Shown in pieces: positions 40,821-49,838 of a stretch of DNA of 52,130 nucleotides. The notes under the pieces were generated by a model that searched no databases, had not been told where the DNA came from, and was given only the letters and a program-made list of their open reading frames with translations. The stretch is from Candidatus Curtissbacteria bacterium (GTDB lineage: Bacteria > Patescibacteriota > Microgenomatia > Curtissbacterales > GWA2-41-24), in the NCBI GenBank assembly GCA_016187105.1, contig JACPKK010000001.1:1-52130 (forward strand), in the 5' to 3' direction. Each line of letters opens with the position of its first letter. The stretch's first letter is position 1. Position numbers and translations under genes: made by a program.

Positions 40821-41627
40821 TTATGCCAGACGACGAGGAGCGGGGCGGCGTTGAAAATGGAAGAGTAAGTGCCGGAGATGACACCGATTAAAAGGGCAAG
40901 AACGAAGGCCTTGATCGACTGGCCGCCGAATAAAAGCAGTGCAATGGTTAACGATTTGGTCAAATGAAAAATCGCTGTGTTTTTTCAGATTCTCGCGGAT
41001 CCTGTCGAAAACGACAATGGTGTCGTGAACCGAAAACCCGATAACCGTTAGAAGGGCTGTAATAAAAAGGGAATCAACTTCCAGACCGAAAAAGTGTCCA
41101 AGAACGGCAAAGACACCAACAACGACAATAACGTCGTGGATGAGGGCAATAATGGTCGTGACGCCAAAAGCAATTGGGGATGCCGGTTTGGCAACTTTCC
41201 TGAAGGCCCAAGTGATATAGGTGACGATAGCAAGAATTGAGAGCCCCACGGCAATAGCCGCTTTGCGGGTTAGCTCCTTGGAAATAACCGGGCCGACTGT
41301 TTCCAAACGGATTTCTTCGTACTTTCCAAAATTGGCACCAACCTTATCTTTTATTTCCTTGATTTTCGATTCGTCGGTTGCCTTTAGACGAAGAAGGATC
41401 GTGTCCTGATTGGTTTTGGCGGCTTGAGAAATCTCCAAGCCGCCTTTGGTTATGAGGTCTTTTACGGCTTGTGGATTTTTTTGATCTGCAAGTTTAATCT
41501 CCCAAAGAGTACCTCCTTCAAAATCGATGCCGAGTTTGAGATGCCAGGCGAAAAGCGCAATAATGCCGGGAATAATAATTGTCAAAGAAAGTGCAAAGAA
41601 CCAGTTGCGGTATTTGATTATGTTCAT
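40821..41627 (-). CDS. secF: Protein translocase subunit SecF; the last ~40 codons of this frame are non-homologous and the conserved C-terminus lies in another frame (to 40796)
   Basis: The frame is homologous through ...SVHDTIVVFDRIRENLKKHSDFSFDQIVN. The +1 frame from about 40948 to the TGA at 40796 encodes TIALLLFGGQSIKAFVLALLIGVISGTYSSIFNAAPLLVVW. Confidence 0.8.
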   Translation of the reverse strand: MNIIKYRNWFFALSLTIIIPGIIALFAWHLKLGIDFEGGTLWEIKLADQKNPQAVKDLITKGGLEISQAAKTNQDTILLRLKATDESKIKEIKDKVGANFGKYEEIRLETVGPVISKELTRKAAIAVGLSILAIVTYITWAFRKVAKPASPIAFGVTTIIALIHDVIVVVGVFAVLGHFFGLEVDSLFITALLTVIGFSVHDTIVVFDRIRENLKKHSDFSFDQIVNHCTAFIRRPVDQGLRSCPFNRCHLRHLLFHFQRRPAPRRLA

Positions 41628-41723
41628 TTTATTTTGCGGGTCCTGTCACGACTTTCCTTCCCGCCAGTGATCATTTTCCTGATTCGATTTTGTTGTTGTC
41701 CTCATTGCTTCCATTGCGCGCTA

Positions 41724-41744
41724 CCTTGCCTGCCGGCAGGCAGG
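41724..41744. repeat. 21-bp palindrome CCTTGCCTGCCGGCAGGCAGG in the secD-secF spacer
   Basis: Read directly from the sequence. Confidence 0.8.
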
Positions 41745-41776
41745 TCGGGAACCCTTCCTGTCGTGCCACCCGCTTC

Positions 41777-43060
41777 TCACATATTATGTCTGACCCAAAA
41801 AAGTCTCAAGAGTGTTCTGGTGACGGTAATGGCGCTAAACATGGAAACTAAAATGCCGATGGCCAGGGTTAAGGCAAAACCGCGAATGGGGCCGGTTCCA
41901 AAGTAAAATAGAATTGCGGTGGTGATTAAAGAGGATACATTGGAATCGCGGATAGATGACCAGGCCCTTTCAAAACCGCTGTAAAGCGCTTCTAATTTTT
42001 CTTTACCCCAACGGCGTTCTTCTTTAATTCTTTCGAAAATTAGAATGTTGGCGTCGACTGCCATGCCGATAGAAAGCACAAAGCCGGCGATGCCGGCAAG
42101 CGTTAAGGTGACGGGGATTAATTTAAAAACTGCAAAAACAAGGGCGGTATAGATCAAAAGGGCAAAAGTGGCGAAGATTCCTAAAAGGCGGTAATACGCA
42201 ACCATAAAGATGATGACAGAGGCGATGCCAACTGCCGCGGCAAGGATACTTTTTTGAATTGAGTCTTGACCAAGGGTTGGGCCAATCCGAGTTTGGCTTT
42301 CGATTGTGAGCGGCACCGGCAGTGCGCCGGCATTAAGCTGAATCGCCAGCTGCCTGGCAGAATTTGAATCGAAGTTGCCGGTGATTTGGGCGTTGCCGTC
42401 TGTAATTATCGATTGAACCCGCGGACTGGAAATAATGACCCCATCGAGAAAAATCGTTACCTCTTTGCCCAAATTTTCTTGTGTAATTTTTTCAAATCTC
42501 TTAGCTCCCTCTTGAGTGAATTGTAAATTAATTATGTATCCCGGGTTCTTTGGATCCTGGCTTGGCTCGGCGATTGATCTTTTAAGGTCTTTGCCTGTCA
42601 GTCCAGTACTTTCGAAGATATCACCCGGGCTGGCTGACAGTGTTGCCTCTGGGGGAAGGTCTTTTTTAATGGTTTTAAACTCCAAGTGGGCGGTTTTTTT
42701 AACTGTTGCCACGGCTTGGTCAATATCGGAAATGCCGGCAATTTCGACAATTAAACGATACTGGCCGCCGGTTTTGGCTGTCTGGATAACTGGTTCGGCT
42801 ACACCTAAAGCGTTGATTCTGTCTTCGATAATATTTTTGGCACTTTCCAGGGCACTGTCGCGATCGGTTTGGGCAAGCTGTGACATATCGGCGGACATTG
42901 TCAGTTGAACTCCGCCTGAAAGATCCAGCCCAAACTTGGGGTTGAGGTCTCTTTGAATAAAATTTGTGACGGCAGGATTATGGAAGGGCAAGTCGATATA
43001 GAGGGCGGCAATGACTAATAAAATAATGAGAAACAAGACGCGGCGCGGGTGTTTGGACAT
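41777..43060 (-). CDS. secD: Protein translocase subunit SecD
   Basis: 427 aa. Motifs: GLDLSGGVQL, a periplasmic domain, and GIAGFVLSIGMAVDANILIFERIKEE. Confidence 0.9.
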   Translation of the reverse strand: MSKHPRRVLFLIILLVIAALYIDLPFHNPAVTNFIQRDLNPKFGLDLSGGVQLTMSADMSQLAQTDRDSALESAKNIIEDRINALGVAEPVIQTAKTGGQYRLIVEIAGISDIDQAVATVKKTAHLEFKTIKKDLPPEATLSASPGDIFESTGLTGKDLKRSIAEPSQDPKNPGYIINLQFTQEGAKRFEKITQENLGKEVTIFLDGVIISSPRVQSIITDGNAQITGNFDSNSARQLAIQLNAGALPVPLTIESQTRIGPTLGQDSIQKSILAAAVGIASVIIFMVAYYRLLGIFATFALLIYTALVFAVFKLIPVTLTLAGIAGFVLSIGMAVDANILIFERIKEERRWGKEKLEALYSGFERAWSSIRDSNVSSLITTAILFYFGTGPIRGFALTLAIGILVSMFSAITVTRTLLRLFWVRHNM

Positions 43061-43123
43061 CCTTTCGATTTTAACAGAGAGATTGTCTTAGGAGAAGATT
43101 AGAGTTCTTCAACAAGTTCAGAA

Positions 43124-43702
43124 TTATAATTTGACCATCTCTTCTTCGTCGCCGATTAGCATAACGCGAGGCTTGGAAAGGATACCGATGACAAACGGGT
43201 CACGCCTGCTTTTGCGGAAGTTAAATTCCTCTTCGGTCATTGGCGTAAAATTAATTTCCCTGTTTCTTCTGGTTTCTTCTTCGCGGACTAAGTTACCAAG
43301 TTCCGGCAGAATAATAGTACCAACTATAAAAAGGTCAACCTCATTTTGGCTATATGGCTTGCCGCGGACAAAAGAGCCGGAAAGCATAGCGTATTTTATT
43401 TTGCCGAGTCTGCCTTTCCCCTTAATTATCTGGCCGCCGAGGCCAATTTCTTTGTTAATAATTGATAACAATTCGGGGAAGAAAATAAAATCCTTTTTGA
43501 GTGAATAGAATCTTCTATTGGCGCGCCATTCGCTTCCCAGAAAACCAGTTTTTTCAAGCCGGGCTAATTCCCGGCGGACGGCATTTATTTCTTCTTCTAC
43601 ACGACGGACTATTTCGCGGACATGATAGGACTCCTGGGGACTGCCCAGGAAGAGTTCCAGAATTTTGACCCTAACTTTAGAAATTAAAATGTCGATTAGC
43701 AT
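43124..43702 (-). CDS. Winged-helix (ArsR-like) regulator fused to a nucleotidyltransferase-like C-terminal domain
   Basis: 192 aa. VRVKILELFL....YHVREIVRRVEEEINAVRRELARLEKTGFL is the wHTH. LSGSFVRGK...DLFIVG follows in the C-terminal part. Confidence 0.45.
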   Translation of the reverse strand: MLIDILISKVRVKILELFLGSPQESYHVREIVRRVEEEINAVRRELARLEKTGFLGSEWRANRRFYSLKKDFIFFPELLSIINKEIGLGGQIIKGKGRLGKIKYAMLSGSFVRGKPYSQNEVDLFIVGTIILPELGNLVREEETRRNREINFTPMTEEEFNFRKSRRDPFVIGILSKPRVMLIGDEEEMVKL

Positions 43703-43711
43703 AAGATTACT

Positions 43712-43739
43712 CTAAGGGGACACCAAGGTTTCCCCTTAG
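43712..43739 (-). promoter_or_regulatory. 9-bp hairpin CTAAGGGGA-N10-TCCCCTTAG ending 9 nt before the ATG of ORF 43124..43702
   Basis: It has the same architecture as the lon leader hairpin at 10157..10187. Confidence 0.4.
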
Positions 43740-43775
43740 TATTCCTCTTCCTTTAAGGCAGGCTGTAGGCAGAAG

Positions 43776-44903
43776 TTAATATGTTACCGTGTTTCCAACC
43801 GGTACAGTTTGAATCCAAATTTGTCCCCTATTAAAAGTAATTTCCTTTCCTTTTGCATCTTTATAGATTGTGCGATCTTCCCTTGTCTTTTTATTCCAAG
43901 TGCCTTTAGTGACCTTGCCATCCATAAAGATTAGCGCGTTGCCAGTGCCGGTTGTTTTATAGAGAAGATGGCCATCCGGGTAACCGTCGTTGGCCGTGCT
44001 TTCGACTTGAAACTGGACGATGACATTTTTGGGTGACATTTGTTCTGTGGTCACGGGGTCGATTTGGGCAACGCCGGCAATAAACCTTTGGTAGACATTG
44101 GTATTTTTGTCGTACTGCCAAGTAACCGTGTAATCGGGTGCTTGTTCCCAGAACGGAGTAGTAATAGGTTTTTGGTCGCCGCGGGCCTCCAGTGCCGCGT
44201 CGTCTTTAAATTTCCACTTAATGAAGCCGTCATCCCATTTTTCGCCGTCTTTATTTTCCGGGCCGAAACCCCGCTCCTGGGCCGCTTCCCAAAGTTTTTT
44301 GGTGGTGGAGTGGACGTTATGGGGAGCAAGTTTATCAGTACCGCGCCAATAAGTGGGGAATCCTAGGCCGAATTGGTCCATATCTAAAATGCCATAATCG
44401 CGGATTTGGCCGAGCGCGTTCGCCGGCCCCGGAGTATTGGCGCCGCCGACGTGGGCGTAGGCGGCGTTATATTCCAAAACCCAATCCAAAAAATAGGTAC
44501 GGGCGCTTCTGATCGGGGCTAAATCCCCAACGTCTTGGCAAAAGAAAATGTCTAGGGTTCTGGTGATGCCGCCTTCGGCAACAACTTCATAAACTATATC
44601 GGCTCTTGAAAGACCGATAATGGGCCGGGCGTCCGCGTGGTTTTCGATCATGACGGCCAGCGGTCTTCTTTTCTTCCACTGATCTTCACGGGTTTTTGAA
44701 TACATTGCACCGTTTATGGGGCACTGGCGGTCTTTTTGGCCTTCATCGCCATCAGAAGTGACATCGGTAAGACTGCCGAATGGTGTTGAAATGTTGACAG
44801 GACTGTTTAAAAGACTCGCGAAAACCAGATAGGAAACGCCTGCGGAGGCAGCATATAAGATTAATGCACCAATAAAAATCAATAGAAGCTTTTTATTTAA
44901 CAT
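43776..44903 (-). CDS. DUF3048 (YerB-like) secreted or anchored protein
   Basis: 375 aa. RPLAVMIENHADARPIIGLSRADIVYEVVAEGGITRTL is typical of DUF3048. Confidence 0.65.
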   Translation of the reverse strand: MLNKKLLLIFIGALILYAASAGVSYLVFASLLNSPVNISTPFGSLTDVTSDGDEGQKDRQCPINGAMYSKTREDQWKKRRPLAVMIENHADARPIIGLSRADIVYEVVAEGGITRTLDIFFCQDVGDLAPIRSARTYFLDWVLEYNAAYAHVGGANTPGPANALGQIRDYGILDMDQFGLGFPTYWRGTDKLAPHNVHSTTKKLWEAAQERGFGPENKDGEKWDDGFIKWKFKDDAALEARGDQKPITTPFWEQAPDYTVTWQYDKNTNVYQRFIAGVAQIDPVTTEQMSPKNVIVQFQVESTANDGYPDGHLLYKTTGTGNALIFMDGKVTKGTWNKKTREDRTIYKDAKGKEITFNRGQIWIQTVPVGNTVTY

Positions 44904-45366
44904 TTTTAGCTATCGCTTTTTCGACTACTTCTTTCTCTTCTTTTGAGAATTCATGGTCTACCGCCTTTGAGTTCTCAATTCGCTTAGCATAAACCCTTGT
45001 ACCGCTTCTCGAATGAAGAGACGAAATTACAAAACCGTTATTGGCACCATTTAAAAGGGCAATAACGAAACTTTGGTCTCCGCCCGTATCCTCAAAAGGA
45101 TTAAAACGTACCAGCGCGTGCTTTTGAAAAAAATCTTTGCTTTCTTGCCCAAGCTTCTTTACCTCTTCTTCTGTGTTTTTGATCTTTGTCTCCAGCTGAC
45201 CCTGCTGTTTTATGATATTTTCCAGGATCTGGGCAAGATTAAGATTTTTGCCACTTTTGGTTAATTTACTCCAGGCCCCCAGAACTTTCAGGAAATAAAA
45301 AGTCAGGACCGCAAGCCAAATAAAAACTGCTGATAGGATATAGTCGACCAATTGAAGTTTTTCCAT
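44893..45366 (-). CDS. DUF4446-like membrane-anchored protein
   Basis: 157 aa. Motif: RFNPFEDTGGDQSFVIALLNGANNGFVISSLHSRSGTRVYAK. Confidence 0.6.
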   Translation of the reverse strand: MEKLQLVDYILSAVFIWLAVLTFYFLKVLGAWSKLTKSGKNLNLAQILENIIKQQGQLETKIKNTEEEVKKLGQESKDFFQKHALVRFNPFEDTGGDQSFVIALLNGANNGFVISSLHSRSGTRVYAKRIENSKAVDHEFSKEEKEVVEKAIAKNVK

Positions 45367-45404
45367 TCATTAACTTTGGATATTGGATAAATCTGGTACC
45401 CACT

Positions 45405-45433
45405 CTTTTACCACTCGCCTTTGCGCTTGTCAA
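45405..45433 (-). promoter_or_regulatory. Putative promoter (TTGACA-N17-TAAAAG) for ORF 44893..45366
   Basis: The minus strand reads ctcTTGACAagcgcaaaggcgagtggTAAAAG. Confidence 0.35.
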
Positions 45434-45486
45434 GAGAATTTGTGTTAAGATCCCTTTAGTTATATTCTACATTACTTGGGAGATAA

Positions 45487-45729
45487 ATGCCTTTTAAGAC
45501 TAAGAAGAAAAAATTAAAAGCAGCAGGCAGGCGGTTTGCATTTGATGAGGGAGTTGTCAAAATCATCGATGAGGGAAGGAAGAAGCTTATCGAGGTTGAG
45601 GTAAAAAAAGAACCGCAGGTGGCGGCCGAAAATCTTTCTTATATTAGGGGCGACCTTCTAAAAATTATCATCACGAGCGTATTTATCGGCGGGGCCCAAA
45701 TTCTGCTACGCTTGACACTCTCCAAGTAG
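45487..45729 (+). CDS. Small hypothetical protein with a basic N-terminus and a C-terminal TM segment
   Basis: 80 aa with no motif recognised. Confidence 0.4.
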   Translation: MPFKTKKKKLKAAGRRFAFDEGVVKIIDEGRKKLIEVEVKKEPQVAAENLSYIRGDLLKIIITSVFIGGAQILLRLTLSK

Positions 45730-45824
45730 CTGTGCTATGGTTGAGGCTAATTGAAGCTAGTTAGCTTTGACGCTGGCGAGACTTCTTTAAAATCTTCACT
45801 GCCAAAAGGAGGTGATTAACTAAA

Positions 45825-45965
45825 ATGACTACAATGTATTGTGTTAAGTGCCGAGCAAAGAGAGACGATCCCAACGCCCAAAAAGTGACTATGAAAAACG
45901 GCAAGCCAGCTTCAAAAGGTAAGTGCCCGGTTTGCGGTACTACCATGTTTAAGATTGGCGGCTAG
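45825..45965 (+). CDS. 46-aa Cys4 zinc-ribbon protein (DUF5679-like)
   Basis: Absent from the track because it is shorter than 60 aa. Sequence: MTTMYCVKCRAKRDDPNAQKVTMKNGKPASKGKCPVCGTTMFKIGG. It has a perfect SD (AAGGAGGTGAT, 45806..45816) and a terminator hairpin follows. Confidence 0.7.
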   Translation: MTTMYCVKCRAKRDDPNAQKVTMKNGKPASKGKCPVCGTTMFKIGG

Positions 45966-45973
45966 TCGAAGTT

Positions 45974-46007
45974 AGCCTACCACGTATGACGTGGTGGCTG
46001 ATTTTCA
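45974..46007 (+). terminator. Intrinsic terminator candidate after the zinc-ribbon ORF
   Basis: The stem AGCCTACCACGT / ACGTGGTGGCT (one bulge) has a 3-nt loop and is followed by GATTTTC. Confidence 0.5.
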
Positions 46008-46060
46008 AGAAAGTAAGAGCTCGTAATCCTCTTTGAAAAATTTGGATTGCGCGCAAAAGA

Positions 46061-46108
46061 AAAAACCCCAGGCAATTTTGGTTTTAAGGTTGTCTTTGGG
46101 GGTTTTTT
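46061..46108. terminator. Possible bidirectional terminator (AAAAACCCC...GGGGGTTTTTT)
   Basis: An A-run/C-run and a G-run/T-run flank a long loop. It lies between convergent genes. Confidence 0.35.
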
Positions 46109-46114
46109 CTCGAG

Positions 46115-46732
46115 TTAACCGTTTAAGAGGCCAATAACAAGACCCGGTACGCCAAAAAGGAATTGCAAAACAGAATCGGGGTATTTATCTAAATCCCCAT
46201 ATAAATTTTTTAGCTTCGGGGACAAATTCTTCTTTTCAAATTCCCAGATGATTTGTGTAGTTTGCCCGTTGACATTGATGGCGAGTTTAATTGAGCTGAA
46301 AAGGGATTGATCGTTTGCGCCAAGATTGGCTTTGGCAGGGTCTTGGGCGGCAAAAAGCGACTGACTGTCGACAATAATCGCCGGCAGAACTTTATTGAAA
46401 ATGCTCGGGTCGGAGTTCTCGGGCATTTCCAAAGTGGCAATGATGCGGTCATTTTTGGAGGAGAAAGCTGGAGTGAATTTATAACGAACCGCAACAGTCT
46501 CTTTGGCGAGAGTTTCCATTTCCCAATAGTAAATGGTTTCATCAAAACCGTAGATTGGCCTTGGAATTCCCTCGGGAATTCTTACTACTCTTGAAAGATC
46601 TTTTTCGATGTTTTTATTAATGGCTTGGGTCGCTGGTTTGATAACTTTGAACCCCAGATAGATGGAAAAGGAAATTAAAGCCGCAGAGAGAATGGCGAGT
46701 AAAATTAACGAGAAAAGAATTATTTTCTTCAC
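46115..46732 (-). CDS. Membrane-anchored hypothetical protein
   Basis: 205 aa with an N-terminal TM segment. Confidence 0.5.
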   Translation of the reverse strand: MKKIILFSLILLAILSAALISFSIYLGFKVIKPATQAINKNIEKDLSRVVRIPEGIPRPIYGFDETIYYWEMETLAKETVAVRYKFTPAFSSKNDRIIATLEMPENSDPSIFNKVLPAIIVDSQSLFAAQDPAKANLGANDQSLFSSIKLAINVNGQTTQIIWEFEKKNLSPKLKNLYGDLDKYPDSVLQFLFGVPGLVIGLLNG

Positions 46733-46827
46733 TTATACAATTGTATCAGACCCAGCTTTAACTATCGCTCGGCCTGTACTGAAGTGCTTCCGCGACCATT
46801 CAACTTCGCTCATGGTCTTGAAGCGTT

Positions 46828-48372
46828 TTAAGTATCAGTACTTGGGCGATATTGCAACGCTTCTGCGACGTGGTTTGATTTGATCTTGACTGATCCTTCA
46901 AGGTCGGCGATGGTCCTTCCTATTTTGATGACGCGGTGAAAGGCCCGGGCAGAAAGGTTGAGTTTTTGGATGGCCTGTTTAAGGAGTAAAATTGACTGAT
47001 CGTCTAAATTACAAAAAGTTTTGAGCTGTTTATTGTTCATTTCAGCATTGGATGTTATTTTTAGACTCCTAAATCTTTTAAGCTGAATGTCCCTTGCCTT
47101 TTGGACCCGTTTTTGAATCTTGGATGATGATTCGGATTGGTAATTTTCTGTTAGCTTTCCGGGCGGAACAACGGGGACGGTTATGTGCATGTCAATTCTA
47201 TCCAAAATCGGCCCCGAGATTCTTTTCTGGTAGCGGGTAATCATGTGAGGCATACAGGTACAGTTTCTGGTTTCGTCGCCAAAGTAGCCGCACGGACAAG
47301 GGTTGGCGGCGGCAATTAATGTGAATCTCGCGGGAAACTTTACTGAACCGGCCGCTCGAGAAATAGTTACGTGACCATCTTCCATTGGCTGCCTCAAAGC
47401 CTCTAAAACCTGACGCGGAAATTCGGGAAATTCATCCAAGAACAAGACTCCGCGGTGAGCAAGGGAAATTTCGCCGGGGTGAGGATTTGCACCGCCACCG
47501 ATTAAGCCTATGTGGCTGGTGGTGTGATGGGGACTACGAATTGGACGCGAAGTTATAATCGGCTGATCAGCGGACAGGAGATTGGCAACAGAATAAATTT
47601 TGGTAACTTCTAAGCTTTCTTCAAATGTTAATCTAGGTAAAACGGTTGCAAAACTTCTGGCCATTAAGGTTTTGCCTGCACCCGGCGGTCCTTTCATAAG
47701 CAGGTTGTGGCCGCCGGCCGCTGCAATCTCTAAAGCGCGTTTAGCGCTTTCCTGACCTTTAATATTTTCAAAATCATACTCGAGATCGAAGAGGCGGGCG
47801 TATTTTAGCTTTTTGTAAGCTGCCGGAGGAATTGTTTTGCGGCTTAATTGGGGCAAGTGCGCGGTGGCAAAATGATCGAAGACTTGCTTAAGGGTTGCAA
47901 CGGGGTAAATTGTGAGTTTGTCGACGATTTGGGCTTCCGGCATGTTATCTTGGGGTATGAAAATGTCATTGATGTTTTTGTCCCTGGCCATAAGGGCGCA
48001 AGGTAAAACTCCCCAAATACGGCGCAGGGATCCGTCAAGTGAAAGTTCACCTAAAAAAACAGCGTCGGAGAGATCGCGGGGCGATAGCTGTTCTGAAGCA
48101 ATTAGTATGCCGAGGGCAATTGGCAAATCATAAGCAGGGCCTTCTTTGGGAAGGTCGGCTGGGGCAAGGTTAACAGTGATCCTTTTTGGGGGCATATCCG
48201 CCCCGCTGTTTTTAAGGGCGGCCCTGACTCTTTCCTTGGATTCTTCGACGGCTTTATCGGGAAGGCCGACTATGGTAAAAGAGGGCAAGCCTTGGGAAGC
48301 GATATCAACTTCGACAATAACAGGGACAGCGTCAAGACCGACAACGGCGGCGGAAGTGATTTTGGCGAGCAT
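46828..48372 (-). CDS. comM: Mg-chelatase-like AAA+ ATPase ComM/YifB
   Basis: 514 aa. It has an N-terminal Lon-protease-like fold, Walker A GPPGAGKT, Walker B FLDEFPEF, and a CPCGY zinc motif. Confidence 0.9.
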   Translation of the reverse strand: MLAKITSAAVVGLDAVPVIVEVDIASQGLPSFTIVGLPDKAVEESKERVRAALKNSGADMPPKRITVNLAPADLPKEGPAYDLPIALGILIASEQLSPRDLSDAVFLGELSLDGSLRRIWGVLPCALMARDKNINDIFIPQDNMPEAQIVDKLTIYPVATLKQVFDHFATAHLPQLSRKTIPPAAYKKLKYARLFDLEYDFENIKGQESAKRALEIAAAGGHNLLMKGPPGAGKTLMARSFATVLPRLTFEESLEVTKIYSVANLLSADQPIITSRPIRSPHHTTSHIGLIGGGANPHPGEISLAHRGVLFLDEFPEFPRQVLEALRQPMEDGHVTISRAAGSVKFPARFTLIAAANPCPCGYFGDETRNCTCMPHMITRYQKRISGPILDRIDMHITVPVVPPGKLTENYQSESSSKIQKRVQKARDIQLKRFRSLKITSNAEMNNKQLKTFCNLDDQSILLLKQAIQKLNLSARAFHRVIKIGRTIADLEGSVKIKSNHVAEALQYRPSTDT

Positions 48373-48376
48373 ATTG

Positions 48377-49822
48377 CTACTTACCCCTACTTTCCCTTCT
48401 AAGGATCCATAAATTATCTTTGTCCTTATAGCTTAACTCTTGATACTGCCGAAAATTACCGCTGGCGACCAATTCATCCTTAAAGAGCGGATTTGCCAGT
48501 AAAACCGTATCAACAGTATCTAGCTCGAAAAACGGCCAGAGCTCGACACCGCTTCTAATATCCATCATCGGGACATTTCGATCGCCGTTTTTTATCCAAA
48601 GAACCTTAGGGCTTTCTGGTAGATTATTAATCGCTTTTACGGCATCTCTGTAGGTTGTTTGTCCATAGCGGAAATTGGAATCGTTAAACATGGTTGTCTG
48701 GGCCCATGGGCCGATATTAATTCGTAAACCATTGAGTATTAATAGAGGGGTAAAGAAAATCAGCACAGTGAAAATATAAATTTTCCTAAGTGGCGAGTGA
48801 AGGCGAGAGAGTGCCAGAGCAGCAAATAAGGAAAAGTAGGGGTTTAAAGTTACGTACCCGTATTCGCCGCTGTGGCCGACGTGAGTTATAAAAATATGCG
48901 AATAAACAAGGAAGAGGCTTAATAGAAATAGATGCTGCGGTTTTCTATGTTTTAAAGAAACGTAAATGCCAAAGGGAACTAAAAGAGCAAACGGGAAAGA
49001 ATAAAGATGCGGAATCAGCCTTTGGAACATAAAAGAATAGAAATCGCTCACGAACTGCGAAAGAACCTTGTTAATACCGGCTATATCGGGGTCGGCCGGG
49101 TTAGCGAGTGCATCAAAATAGGCATTTGGCGAAACCAGTAGGTAAAAGATTATTACAAAGGAGACGGATGCGATGATTAGTTGCTGCCAATGGTTTTTTG
49201 CCCAGAGCGGAAAATTTTTGATTCTTGTAAAGGCGGCTAGCGCCAGACCGTAAAAAACGAACAGGAAAGGACCGTTAATTTTGGTGGCCCAGACCAGAGC
49301 CGACGCCGCGCCAAGCCAAAGCCCCAGAATCAGTTTTTGGGAATTTAGCACTTTCCAAAAAGAAATCGCTGCAAACAATAAGGTGGCTTCCAGAAGAGGG
49401 TCAAGGTGGGCATCCCGGCCGTATCTTACGTCGTGAGGGAGGAAAACGAGCAAAAGGAGAGCCGTCAGTGCGACTCTTGGACCAAATAGGATTTTCCCAA
49501 GAATATAGGTTCCCAAGACGGCAATCAAGTTTGACAGCGCCATCACGAGCCTGCCGGTTGTGACCGAAGGTCCAAAAACCTTAAACATGATGATCATTAA
49601 ATCGCCGCCAAGGAAAGGATGACCTACAAAGGGAACTCCGTGACGAAACGGGTGGTGTCTGGGAACAACATACGGGTCACCGGTGACGAACCGGTAAGCT
49701 TCATGAATAAAATGGTGTTCATCGGGGCTGATGTCGAAATTGCCCAAACCCCAAAGCCTTAAAAAAGCGGCTGCTGTAAAAAGGAAGATGACAAAAAGCC
49801 GCGATTTCTTAGTGGCAAGCAT
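48377..49822 (-). CDS. GT-C fold glycosyltransferase (family 39/ArnT/PMT-like)
   Basis: 481 aa and polytopic. It has a DE motif in the first loop (ISPDEHHF). Confidence 0.55.
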   Translation of the reverse strand: MLATKKSRLFVIFLFTAAAFLRLWGLGNFDISPDEHHFIHEAYRFVTGDPYVVPRHHPFRHGVPFVGHPFLGGDLMIIMFKVFGPSVTTGRLVMALSNLIAVLGTYILGKILFGPRVALTALLLLVFLPHDVRYGRDAHLDPLLEATLLFAAISFWKVLNSQKLILGLWLGAASALVWATKINGPFLFVFYGLALAAFTRIKNFPLWAKNHWQQLIIASVSFVIIFYLLVSPNAYFDALANPADPDIAGINKVLSQFVSDFYSFMFQRLIPHLYSFPFALLVPFGIYVSLKHRKPQHLFLLSLFLVYSHIFITHVGHSGEYGYVTLNPYFSLFAALALSRLHSPLRKIYIFTVLIFFTPLLILNGLRINIGPWAQTTMFNDSNFRYGQTTYRDAVKAINNLPESPKVLWIKNGDRNVPMMDIRSGVELWPFFELDTVDTVLLANPLFKDELVASGNFRQYQELSYKDKDNLWILRRESRGK

Positions 49823-49838
49823 TGTGTTTTAGTTTAGA

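Noticed and set aside
40975-40990. Programmed frameshift at the A-rich run (CTG AAA AAA CAC) in secF
   Set aside because: Frame 0 remains SecF-homologous for 11 more codons past the run (HSDFSFDQIVN). Shifting there would also give a protein missing about 20 conserved residues. A deletion near 40948 explains the data better.
45761-45946. 61-aa minus-strand ORF
   Set aside because: It is antisense to the SD-preceded, terminator-followed zinc-ribbon ORF 45825..45965.
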